Shown piece by piece: positions 7,680-16,362 of a stretch of 41,626 bases of DNA. The notes beneath the pieces are model-generated. The model ran no database searches, was not told the origin of the DNA, and saw only the letters and a program-made list of their open reading frames with translations. Source of the DNA: Candidatus Omnitrophota bacterium (lineage in GTDB: Bacteria > Omnitrophota > Gorgyraeia > Gygaellales > Profunditerraquicolaceae); NCBI GenBank assembly GCA_028711825.1, contig JAQTRM010000002.1, positions 1-41,626 of the forward strand. The letters run 5' to 3'. The position numbers and the translations under genes were made by a program. Within the stretch, counting starts at the first letter, position 1. Each line of letters opens with the position of its first letter.

Positions 7680-7738
7680 TCATAAAAACCAGTTAGATTT
7701 TCGCGTTTTCATCGTCTATTGTTCCGAAAGGAGGAAAA

Positions 7739-9277
7739 ATGACCTCAAAAACCTTAAGCCTCAGCCTTCTGGGGCTGGATGTCTATATTGTAGAGATAGA
7801 AACCGATCTGTCCAACGGCCTGCCGGCGGTAAACCTGGTAGGATTGGCGGATGCGGCAGTCAAAGAAAGTAAAGAACGGGTGCGCGCGGCGATCAAAAAT
7901 TCCGGCTTCCAGTGGCCGGACCAAAGAATAACCATCAGCCTTGCGCCTTCAGACATTAAAAAAGAAGGTGTAGGTTTCGATCTGGCGATCGCGCTGGGAA
8001 TCCTTGCTTCCGACGGGCAAATTAACGGGGAAACCCTGAAAAATTATTTTTTCCTGGGAGAGCTTTCCCTGGACGGACAACTGCGCGCCTCCCGCGGCAT
8101 CCTTGCGATGGGGCTGGAACTATCCAGGCTGCCGGGCGGGAATAAAAACCTGATCATCCCGGAAGAAAACTCCCGTGAAGCGGCAATTATCCCGGGAATT
8201 TCCGTTTGGGCGGTTAAAAATCTTAAAGAAGCGGTTCGTTTCCTGGCGGAGCCCGCATCTTTAGGCCCTTTAAAGAAGGAAATCGCGCAGATCGGAAAAA
8301 GCTCAGCGGATTATAGTCTGGATTTTTCCGAAGTTAAAGGCCAATATTACGCCAAAAGAGCCCTGGAGGTAGCGGTTGCCGGGGGACACAATATTATCCT
8401 GTTAGGCCCTCCGGGGAGCGGGAAAACCATGCTCGCGAAAAGGATACCCACCATTATGCCTAAACTTTCACCGACGGAAGCGCTGGAGATCACCAAGATC
8501 CACTCTGTGGCGGGAATCCTGCCAAAAAATGAAGGTTTTATCAACACCCGCCCCTTCCGCTGCCCGCACCACAGTATTTCCGATATCGCGCTTATCGGCG
8601 GAGGAAGTATCCCGAAACCCGGAGAGATTTCTCTTTCCCATCACGGCGTGCTATTCCTGGACGAACTTCCGGAATTCAACCGGAAAGCCCTGGAGGCATT
8701 GAGGCAACCTTTAGAGGAAAACCTGATTTGTGTCAACCGTATTAAAAAAACCGTGGTTTTCCCCGCCTCATTCATACTGGTAGCGGCCCTCAACCCCTGC
8801 CCCTGCGGTAACTATTTCAACCCCCATAAAAAATGCCATTGCAGCCAGACTAAAATCCGTAATTACCTGGGCAGGATATCCGGGCCCCTTCTGGACAGGA
8901 TCGACCTGCATATCGAAGTAGCGCAAGTAAGATACCGCGAACTTTCGGATACCCGTGAAGCGGAACCTTCTCAAGCAATCCGGCAGCGCGTGGAAAGCGC
9001 ACGCGGCATCCAAAAACAAAGGTTTTCCTGCGAAGGAATATCTTCCAACTCCCAAATGACCGCTAAGCTTATCCGGAAATACTGTGTTTTAGATAAGGAA
9101 GCCCGCGAGTTGATCAGGATGGCGGTCGAAGAATTTTCTATCTCGGCAAGAGGATATGACAAGATACTCAAGGTGGGCAGAACGATCGGCGACCTGGACG
9201 GCAGCCAGGAGATCAAGGCCGAACATATCGCCGAAGCGATCCAATATCGCGCGCTTGACCAAAAAATCCCCGGGTAG
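7739..9277 (+). CDS. comM: YifB/ComM family Mg-chelatase-like AAA+ ATPase
   Basis: 512 aa. Lon-protease-like N-domain; Walker A LLGPPGSGKTMLA; Walker B GVLFLDELPEF; ALRQPLE; C-terminal ARGYDKILKVGRTIGDLDG. Strong RBS aaggagg at 7727-7733. The only plus-strand gene. Confidence 0.9.
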   Translation: MTSKTLSLSLLGLDVYIVEIETDLSNGLPAVNLVGLADAAVKESKERVRAAIKNSGFQWPDQRITISLAPSDIKKEGVGFDLAIALGILASDGQINGETLKNYFFLGELSLDGQLRASRGILAMGLELSRLPGGNKNLIIPEENSREAAIIPGISVWAVKNLKEAVRFLAEPASLGPLKKEIAQIGKSSADYSLDFSEVKGQYYAKRALEVAVAGGHNIILLGPPGSGKTMLAKRIPTIMPKLSPTEALEITKIHSVAGILPKNEGFINTRPFRCPHHSISDIALIGGGSIPKPGEISLSHHGVLFLDELPEFNRKALEALRQPLEENLICVNRIKKTVVFPASFILVAALNPCPCGNYFNPHKKCHCSQTKIRNYLGRISGPLLDRIDLHIEVAQVRYRELSDTREAEPSQAIRQRVESARGIQKQRFSCEGISSNSQMTAKLIRKYCVLDKEARELIRMAVEEFSISARGYDKILKVGRTIGDLDGSQEIKAEHIAEAIQYRALDQKIPG

Positions 9278-9281
9278 AAAA

Positions 9282-11450
9282 TTATTCCCGGTAAGGCTTA
9301 AGCAATTCTTTTAACTTCGGGCTTACCGCATAACCCAGGGAAGCGGCCCGATCGCTATGTTCAACCGCTAAATTGTAATCCCGCGCGTAAAAATAAGCCA
9401 ATGCGAGGTTATGGTGCGCTACCGCCAGGCGCGGGTCGAGTTTTAAAGCCTTCTTCAGCCACAAAATCGCCTCGCCCGTCTTGCCTGCCGTAAGATAAGC
9501 ATTCCCCAGGCTCACACAGGCCTCTTTAGAAACAGGGTTAATTTTTAACGCCTTCAGGTAAAGAGGCACCGCCTCCTCCTCCCTCCGGGCGTCTGTCAAA
9601 CGGTTTCCAAGATAAAGATAGGCGTCGAACAAGTCTGATCCGGAAACAACCGCTTTTTTATATAACAACTCCAATTTGTCGTCTTCGGCGAGATCCCGGT
9701 AAATCCGGGCAAGCTTAATATAAGCCGGCTGATAAGCCGGGTCCAGTTCCAGGACTTTCAGGAATTCTTCCCGCGCGTCACTTCCTTTCCCGCGGCCCGC
9801 ATATAAAACCCCCAGATAGAAATGCGCGTTAGCGTTGCGGGGAGAGATCTCGATCGCCCGAAGATAAAAAGACATCGCCTTGTCCTTGTCGCCGGCGGCG
9901 TCATAAATCTGGGCGAGATTAAAATATGCCTCCGACTCCACCGCCAGACGGTTAGCGGTAGTGACCTTATCGCCGGCTTCAGGAAGATTTCCTTCAGCGG
10001 ATAAGGCGAGGTAGTCCTGGGCCTCTTTTACCAATCCTTCGGCCACCCCCAACGCTTCTTTTTGCCTGCCTAGCGCGCGTAAGGCATAAGTCAGGTTAAG
10101 ATAGAAATAACGGTATTCGGGATTAAAAGGATAGCGCTTGCTAAGCTCAATCGCTTTCGTAAAATCCGCCCGCGCCGGTTCATATTCTTTTTGCGACAGG
10201 AAAAATTCCCCCCTTTTGTCGTATGCCAGAAATACATCCGGATATTTTTTCAGGACATCATCCCATAAACTAAAATCATTCCTCCAGACCCGGGATCTTT
10301 CCCGCGCGGCTGCCCCGCAGGAAATAATCGCCGCCGCTAAAATAGCCAGGAGGCCCGCCCTGATAAACCTGCCGTATTTTATCTTGCGGCGGTAGAGCCA
10401 GGCGAATCCTTCCGCAAATAAATAAAATATTCCGATCGCGGAGATATAAATATAGCGGTCGGCGACAAGGGCCTCGGGACGGGGCAGAAAACGCAGGGCC
10501 GGAAAAACGGTCAAAAGAAAAAACCCGAAACCGAAGATAATCTTCTTGGTGCGCCGGGCGGAAACAATAACCGCAACAAGCAAAATGACAAACGCCAGGA
10601 AAGAATAAAAATAAAAAATATTATTTTCAATCGGGGAATAAGGATACAACGCGGAGAGCCCGGAAGGAAAACACAGCTTGCCTAAATAAAAGATGACATC
10701 ATAAGCGATACCTTCCAGCCTGGCAAAAATTCCGTAATCGTTAAAAGCATAGAAGGTCCTGGAAGAATGCCCTCCCAGAACGGCGATTATCCCGAATAAA
10801 AACGACAGGCAGAAAAAAGGTATTTTTTCTAAAAAAACCACGCCCTTTATCTTCCGGGAACTGAAGAAATCGAACGCCAGCAAAACCAACGGCAGGGTAA
10901 CCGCCATGGACTTTGACAAAAGCGCGAGAATAAAAGAAAAAAGGCATAAAAAATAATACCGGATCTTTTCTCCGCGCTGATAATACAAGTAACTTACCAG
11001 CGCGCCGAGGAAAAAGAACGCGTAAAGCAGATTTTTTCTTTCGCTGATCCAGGCTACCGACTCTACCTGCATCGGATGGATGCCGAAAAAAACGGCGGTG
11101 ATAAAAGAAACCAGGATCCTGCCGCTAAAAAGATAAACCATCCAAAATACCAGCAGGCAATTCAAAAGATGCAGGATAAGGTTGGTTAGGTGGTAATTAA
11201 ACGGATTCAGCCGGAAGAAATGATATTCCAGAAGATAAGAAAATATCGTCACCGGCTGGTAATGCGTGATAAAAAAAGAGGTAGAGATGTTTTTCAGGTT
11301 CTCCGGGGAAAAAGAGCGGATCGACCGGTTCTCGGTCACATACATATTATCATCCCAGCTGGTAAACCCGTTCGAGAGGCAGGGAAAAAGAGCGGCAAAA
11401 ACAATAATCAGGATTAAAAGAAGGGATACCCCTAATTTAATTTTTCCCAT
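9282..11450 (-). CDS. Polytopic membrane protein with GT-C/PMT-like (TMTC-like) N-terminal domain and C-terminal TPR array
   Basis: 722 aa. First-loop acidic motif GFTSWDDNMYV; about 10 predicted TM helices; at least 7 TPR-like repeats (AYFNLAQIYDAAGDKDKAMSFYLRAIEISP, AHFYLGVLYAGRGK, AHHNLALAYFYARDYNLAVEH). Confidence 0.75.
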   Translation of the reverse strand: MGKIKLGVSLLLILIIVFAALFPCLSNGFTSWDDNMYVTENRSIRSFSPENLKNISTSFFITHYQPVTIFSYLLEYHFFRLNPFNYHLTNLILHLLNCLLVFWMVYLFSGRILVSFITAVFFGIHPMQVESVAWISERKNLLYAFFFLGALVSYLYYQRGEKIRYYFLCLFSFILALLSKSMAVTLPLVLLAFDFFSSRKIKGVVFLEKIPFFCLSFLFGIIAVLGGHSSRTFYAFNDYGIFARLEGIAYDVIFYLGKLCFPSGLSALYPYSPIENNIFYFYSFLAFVILLVAVIVSARRTKKIIFGFGFFLLTVFPALRFLPRPEALVADRYIYISAIGIFYLFAEGFAWLYRRKIKYGRFIRAGLLAILAAAIISCGAAARERSRVWRNDFSLWDDVLKKYPDVFLAYDKRGEFFLSQKEYEPARADFTKAIELSKRYPFNPEYRYFYLNLTYALRALGRQKEALGVAEGLVKEAQDYLALSAEGNLPEAGDKVTTANRLAVESEAYFNLAQIYDAAGDKDKAMSFYLRAIEISPRNANAHFYLGVLYAGRGKGSDAREEFLKVLELDPAYQPAYIKLARIYRDLAEDDKLELLYKKAVVSGSDLFDAYLYLGNRLTDARREEEAVPLYLKALKINPVSKEACVSLGNAYLTAGKTGEAILWLKKALKLDPRLAVAHHNLALAYFYARDYNLAVEHSDRAASLGYAVSPKLKELLKPYRE

Positions 11451-11465
11451 AAGGTTAACGCCGGA

Positions 11466-12599
11466 TCAATGCGTATTCACTTCAATAACGGAAGTGGCGC
11501 TGGCAACGGAGCCCGCCTGATCCTTAACGGTTAAGGTAGCGGTAAACTCGCGCGCACCGAAAGTAGTACTTAAATAAGTATTCTCGGTATTTTTCTTATC
11601 TGAAACGTCGCCGTCACCGAAATCCCAATGGTAGGAAACGATTCTGCCGGAACGGGAAAATGATTTTTTCCCGGAAAATTTTACCGTAAGAGGAGAATAA
11701 CCCTTGGCAGGTTCGGCGGTAATTACCGCTACTACCGGGGAAATGGTTTCGCGGGAAGCTGCCGCTTTAGAAACCTCGGGTTTCAATTCCTTTTTTTCCG
11801 GAACCGGACTGTAAGGGCTCTCCGGAGGCAAAACCACGACTTGCGATTCAGTCTTTACCGGAGATACGGCGGATTCGTTCGTCATTTTTTCCGGCAAAAC
11901 ATCCTGTTTTACAGCGGGAATTTCCGCAGGGGCAGCCGGATGAGGCGCCGAAGGAAGCTGTGTTTCTCCGGCAGGAACAGGCGGCGGAACGGCCGCAACA
12001 GATTCTACCGGATGAGTCATGAGATCTTCGGAAGGGGCTCCTTTGTCTGCGGAGGCCGGGCCCATAGCTGCCGGCTCCCTCGGAACTTGCGCAAGGGCAT
12101 TCTCAACTACGCCCTTGCCTCCGGATTCTTCGGCGAGATCCCGTGCAATATATGCCGCAAGTTCCTTTTTAAGATTGCTTATACGCTCCGCCTCCGCCCG
12201 ATCCTTTTCCTCGTCCTGTTTATCCACTTTCGCTTTGTAGGCGGGGTCGTGATTATACTTATAATCCGCGCGGGCAACAAAAGGCCAACGCAACAGGCCA
12301 CCCACAAAATCCGCAAACATCGCCGGAGGATCCCAAAGGAACTCTTTCAGGCGCGATTCGATTTGTCCGGTTTTCTTATAATAATACTCAACAGTCTGCT
12401 GGCGGCGCACAAAACGCCGGCAAGCAAGTTTCAGATCCGGCAGAGAATTATTCTTGCCCACCGTATATTCCGGTATATTCTTGCCGTCATAAGAAACTAA
12501 AAAACCCGTACTTCCCTGCGAAGAAGACTTTTGAAACTTATAAGTAGCGCAGCCGGACAAGATAAGCGCCGGGAATAAAAGCAACAGGATTTTTTTCAA
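11466..12599 (-). CDS. Lipoprotein with Pro/Ala-rich linker and C-terminal PKD domain
   Basis: 377 aa. Lipobox LILSGCATY; low-complexity P/A/E region; PKD signature PLTVKFSGKKS...YHWDFGDGDVS...TLTVKDQAGSVASATSVIEV. Confidence 0.75.
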   Translation of the reverse strand: MKKILLLLFPALILSGCATYKFQKSSSQGSTGFLVSYDGKNIPEYTVGKNNSLPDLKLACRRFVRRQQTVEYYYKKTGQIESRLKEFLWDPPAMFADFVGGLLRWPFVARADYKYNHDPAYKAKVDKQDEEKDRAEAERISNLKKELAAYIARDLAEESGGKGVVENALAQVPREPAAMGPASADKGAPSEDLMTHPVESVAAVPPPVPAGETQLPSAPHPAAPAEIPAVKQDVLPEKMTNESAVSPVKTESQVVVLPPESPYSPVPEKKELKPEVSKAAASRETISPVVAVITAEPAKGYSPLTVKFSGKKSFSRSGRIVSYHWDFGDGDVSDKKNTENTYLSTTFGAREFTATLTVKDQAGSVASATSVIEVNTH

Positions 12600-12623
12600 A
12601 ATAGTTTTCCTTTCATTTTTAAG

Positions 12624-13181
12624 CTACTGCCGCATCAACGCCAGGGCTTCGGAACGCGTTTTTTCGTTTTCCTTAAAAATGCCGCGCACCGCGCTGGTAA
12701 CCGTCATCGTTCCCGGTTTTTTCACCCCGCGCATCGACATACAAAGGTGCTCCGCTTCGATCACCACCATTACCCCTAAGGGTTTTAATTTACTCATCAC
12801 GATGTCGGCGATCTGGGTAGTCAGCCTTTCCTGAACCTGCGGGCGGCGGGCCAGGATATCCACCACCCTGACCAGCTTGCTTAAACCGGTCACCCGGCCG
12901 TTTTTAGGTATATAAGCGATGCTTGCCTTGCCCAGAAAGGGAAGCAGGTGATGCTCGCAAACCGAATACAAAGGTATCCCGCGCAGCAGCACTATCTCAT
13001 GATGCTTCTGCTCCAGAACAACCTCCAGCTCTTTCTCCGGGTTCTGGCCGATCCCCGAGAATATTTCCTCGCACATCTCGGCGTAACGGCGCGGGGTCTG
13101 CAATAAATCTTTTCTGCCGGGGTCCTCTCCGATCGCTTCGAGTATCTGACGGACCGCCCTCTCAATCTTAGCTTTATTCAT
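12624..13181 (-). CDS. folE: GTP cyclohydrolase I
   Basis: 185 aa. [25 protein letters not shown] and HLCMSMRGV are canonical FolE motifs. Confidence 0.95.
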   Translation of the reverse strand: MNKAKIERAVRQILEAIGEDPGRKDLLQTPRRYAEMCEEIFSGIGQNPEKELEVVLEQKHHEIVLLRGIPLYSVCEHHLLPFLGKASIAYIPKNGRVTGLSKLVRVVDILARRPQVQERLTTQIADIVMSKLKPLGVMVVIEAEHLCMSMRGVKKPGTMTVTSAVRGIFKENEKTRSEALALMRQ

Positions 13182-13267
13182 CGCTGTCCTTTCAACGCAA
13201 AATTTATCAATTGGTTTTATTATCTAACGAAAGAACTCTTTCTGCAACAGGTTTTTGGTTAAATACA

Positions 13268-13574
13268 AATCAGCTATCAGCTATCAGCTTTCAGCAAAAG
13301 CAAAACCCTAAAGATGCCGTAACCAGTAACTCGTAACTGGTAACTGGTAACTGGTAATTAAATCAAAGGCATAAAGCGGAAAAAACAATCTTGGGAGAAA
13401 ATGAATTATTTGTGACTTTTGGACACAGCGAATTTATCCTTAAATGATTTTTGCTTTTAATTACGAGTTACTGATTACTGGTTACGAGTTACGTCTACTT
13501 TATTTCTGGCTTTGCCTTTGTTTTAGCTGATAGCTGAAGACTGACAGCTGAAGACTGACAGCTGAGGGCTGAAA
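13268..13574. repeat. Nested heptad-periodic inverted-repeat element, TCAGC/GTAAC type (copy B, most complete)
   Basis: Outer left arm: aatcagc tatcagc tatcagc tttcagc (13268-13295). Inner left arm, 6 heptads: gtaacca gtaactc gtaactg gtaactg gtaactg gtaatta (13319-13360). Core of about 97 bp. Inner right arm, 5 heptads: taattac gagttac tgattac tggttac gagttac (13458-13492). Outer right arm, 7 heptads: gctgata gctgaag actgaca gctgaag actgaca gctgagg gctgaaa (13526-13574). The element ends 1 nt from the mnmE stop codon. Confidence 0.85.
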
Positions 13575-13575
13575 A

Positions 13576-14958
13576 TCATTTCCCGATACAGAAATCCGCG
13601 AAGATCTTATCCAGAAGTTCCGCGGAAAAGTCTTTACCCAGGATATTATCCAGGTAGGCACAGGCATCTTTCAAATCCTGAGTGATAAGCTCCAGAGAAG
13701 AGTCTCCCCTCAACATCCTGTCCGCCTCCTCAAGGAGACCGCGGGCATCCCGCAAAGCATGGATATGTCTAAGGTTACTTAATAAGATATGTTCCGGGTT
13801 CAGCGCTCTTCCCCGGCAGGCAAAATCGAAAATCGCCTCTTCCAGCAGCTCCAAATTCCTTCCGGTCCTGGCGGCAAGCTCTACGACCCTGGGGAAAAAT
13901 CCGGAAATCTCTTTCTTATCAATCTGCGCTTTTAGATCAATCTTGTTGATTACCGCAATAACATTCCTGTTTTTTAACTCCCGGACTAACTCCTTATCCC
14001 GGAGTCCGATTCTTCTGCCGGCATCGAACAAAAGAATCACCAGGTCCGCGGAAGCGATGCGCTCACGGGAACGCTTTACCGCTTTTTTTTCGATTAAATT
14101 ACGCGGCTTAAGGATTCCGGCGGTATCCACCAGCCTCACCGGGATCCCCCTGACATCAACCGCTTCCTCGATCGTATCCCGGGTTGTCCCGGCGACAGGA
14201 GTAACAATAGAACGTTCTTTTTTTAATAACGCGTTAAGAAGGGAAGATTTACCGACGTTCGGTTTCCCGCAAATGACCGCCTGGAGCCCCTCGCGCAGGA
14301 TGCGTCCGCCGAATGATCCTTCGAGGAGAATATCCATCTGCCGGATGGCGGCATGCAGCCCGGATGAAATTTTTTCCGCATCGTATCCCCGGATATCCTC
14401 TTCCGGAAAATCAATGTTCGCTTCCAGAATTACCAGGATTTCCATTACCCCTTCCCGGATCTTGCCAATCCTGCGGGATAATCCCCCTTCCAGCTGTCCC
14501 AGGCTTACTTTAAGCGCGGATGCGGTCTTGGCGCGGATAAGATCGATCACCGCTTCCGCCTGGGCAAGATCGATGCGCCCGTTCAAAAACGCCCGCCGGG
14601 TGAATTCTCCCGGACCGGCAAGGCGACAGCCGTGTTGAACCGTCAGATCGAGAATGCGGCGTAAAGATAATAGTCCACCATGGCAATTTATTTCGACAAT
14701 ATCCTGGCGGGTATAAGATTTCGGACCCCGCATCACCGTAAGCAAAACCTCATCCACCATCTTACCATTATCGGTAATCCTGCCGTAATGCACGGTATGG
14801 CTTTTAAAACCCGACGGTTTTCCTTTTTCCGAAGAAACGAAGATCTTATCCGCCACCGTCAGGGCCTTTTCTCCGCTCAAACGGACAATCCCGATACCAC
14901 CCTCCCCCTGAGGAGTAGAAATCGCGGCAATCGTATCTTTCAAATCATCCTTAAACAT
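13576..14958 (-). CDS. mnmE: tRNA uridine-5-carboxymethylaminomethyl modification GTPase MnmE
   Basis: 460 aa. N-terminal IAAISTPQGEGGIGIVRLSG; G1 GKPNVGKSSLLNAL; G3 DTAG; NKIDL; C-terminal FCIGK tetrapeptide. Confidence 0.95.
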   Translation of the reverse strand: MFKDDLKDTIAAISTPQGEGGIGIVRLSGEKALTVADKIFVSSEKGKPSGFKSHTVHYGRITDNGKMVDEVLLTVMRGPKSYTRQDIVEINCHGGLLSLRRILDLTVQHGCRLAGPGEFTRRAFLNGRIDLAQAEAVIDLIRAKTASALKVSLGQLEGGLSRRIGKIREGVMEILVILEANIDFPEEDIRGYDAEKISSGLHAAIRQMDILLEGSFGGRILREGLQAVICGKPNVGKSSLLNALLKKERSIVTPVAGTTRDTIEEAVDVRGIPVRLVDTAGILKPRNLIEKKAVKRSRERIASADLVILLFDAGRRIGLRDKELVRELKNRNVIAVINKIDLKAQIDKKEISGFFPRVVELAARTGRNLELLEEAIFDFACRGRALNPEHILLSNLRHIHALRDARGLLEEADRMLRGDSSLELITQDLKDACAYLDNILGKDFSAELLDKIFADFCIGK

Positions 14959-16273
14959 TCCTGAATTCCCCCACTACGAATAACGAACCGGTTACCAGCA
15001 CCAGGTCTTGCTTTCCCGCCAGCGAAAAAGCAAGACGCCTGGCCTCCCGCACGCTTCCGGTCAAAGAATTTTTTTTCCTGAGATAACCGGAGATTTCCGC
15101 CGGGGACGCCGCGCGCGCGGTAGAAGCGCGCGTAACGATTATTTCGTCGGCAAACGGCTCAAGTTCCCCGCAAATCCCGCGGATATCTTTATCGGAAGAA
15201 ATTCCCAGCACTAAAATTAACTTCCGGTATTTGAAATTATCCGCTACCGCTTTCCGGATCGCGCGCGCCGAAGCCTTGTTCTGCGCGCCGTCTAAAACCA
15301 CCAAGGGATTCTTGGCCGCTACTTCGCACCTTCCCGGCCATAAAGTTTTATGCAGGCCCCTCCGGATAGCGGAAGAAGAAATCTTAAAACCGGAGAAGCT
15401 CAATCCCTCGACCAATCCGACAGCCAAGGCGGCGTTAGCTTCCTGGTGCCTGCCCCGCAGCTTCAACCCGATACCGCGGTAATTATCGTTTAGGCCCCGC
15501 ACTGTCAGCTTCCCGCCGGAACTGGAATACCGGATATTCTTGCCAACCTCAAAAAGCCTGGCCCGGAACCTCCGGCTCCTTTTAAGGAGAATTTTCCGGA
15601 CCTCCGCGCACTGCGGAGCCGAAATAACGATCGAACCATTTTTTTTAATAATCCCCGCTTTTTGGGCGGCAATCTTTGATAAAGTATTGCCCAGCTGCCG
15701 GCAGTGTTCGAAACTGATAGGGGTAATTCCGCAGACCAGGGAATCCGCGATATTGGTCGCGTCCAACCTCCCCCCCATCCCGGTCTCCAAAACCGTAAAA
15801 TCCGTATTGCGGCGGCGGAAATATAAAAAAGCCAGCGCGGTATAAACCTCAAAGAAGGAAAGGGGACCGTATTCACAACGGCGGTTATACCTGCCGATCA
15901 AAGGCTTTAGTTCCCCGACCAGGTCCGCCAGTTCATTTTTCGAAATCTCTCCCTCAAAATCCCGGAATTCTTTCCCGCCGGATGACGGTTTAAGAATCCG
16001 GATCCTTTCCCTAAAACTCTTTAGATGCGGTGAAGTATAGAGCCCGACGGAAAATCCGGCCTCCCTCAAAATATAGGCGGTCATCGCGCAAACCGAACCT
16101 TTTCCTTTGGTCCCGGCGACATGAATAACTTTTAAATATTTCTGGGGGTTGCCGATGAAAGTTAAGAAATCCCGGACGCGCCTGAGCTTCAGCGAAGAAA
16201 AAAGGGGGCACCCGGCGTCTTTTTCATAGTTTGTCAGGGATTCCAAATACTGTCTTGCTTCCAGGTAGGTCAT
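14951..16273 (-). CDS. folC: Bifunctional folylpolyglutamate synthase / dihydrofolate synthase
   Basis: 440 aa. Mur-ligase P-loop HVAGTKGKGS; LYTSPHL; ETGMGGRLDATN; C-terminal VLDGAQN. Confidence 0.9.
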   Translation of the reverse strand: MTYLEARQYLESLTNYEKDAGCPLFSSLKLRRVRDFLTFIGNPQKYLKVIHVAGTKGKGSVCAMTAYILREAGFSVGLYTSPHLKSFRERIRILKPSSGGKEFRDFEGEISKNELADLVGELKPLIGRYNRRCEYGPLSFFEVYTALAFLYFRRRNTDFTVLETGMGGRLDATNIADSLVCGITPISFEHCRQLGNTLSKIAAQKAGIIKKNGSIVISAPQCAEVRKILLKRSRRFRARLFEVGKNIRYSSSGGKLTVRGLNDNYRGIGLKLRGRHQEANAALAVGLVEGLSFSGFKISSSAIRRGLHKTLWPGRCEVAAKNPLVVLDGAQNKASARAIRKAVADNFKYRKLILVLGISSDKDIRGICGELEPFADEIIVTRASTARAASPAEISGYLRKKNSLTGSVREARRLAFSLAGKQDLVLVTGSLFVVGEFRNV

Positions 16274-16362
16274 GCGGTGGATCCCCTCGCGGGGAGGCTA
16301 AATCCCATGGTTCCTTCCGATAAAAAACCAGGCGCTTAAAATCCGGGGATTTTCCTGAAGGA

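Noticed and set aside
9270-9295. Weak 5-bp inverted repeat (ccggg...cccgg) spanning the convergent comM and TPR-protein stop codons, as a bidirectional terminator.
   Set aside because: The stem is too short, has a 12-nt loop and has no flanking U/A tracts. The genes are only 4 bp apart, so termination signals probably lie inside the coding sequences, if they exist at all.
13399-13413. Mini-ORFs in the element cores. Copy B: ATG AAT TAT TTG TGA after a gggag. Copy A: ATG GTT TTG TTT TTG GTT TAA. Copy C: ATG CTT GGG CAT CCT TAA.
   Set aside because: They encode only 4-6 codons and show no sequence or positional conservation between copies. There is no evidence they are leader peptides.
13268-13574. 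Possibility that the heptad arrays are a CRISPR array or a minisatellite.
   Set aside because: The period is 7 bp with no spacers, the units are arranged as nested inverted repeats around a unique core, and no cas genes are present. This is not CRISPR. A plain microsatellite would not explain the matched reverse-complement arms or the three copies with the same layout.
16274-16362. purH-folC spacer hairpins (tcccc-gcga-gggga and aaatc-cccg-gattt) as regulatory RNA.
   Set aside because: The stems are only 5 bp and are not followed by U-tracts. There is no repeat relationship to other loci, so this is insufficient evidence.
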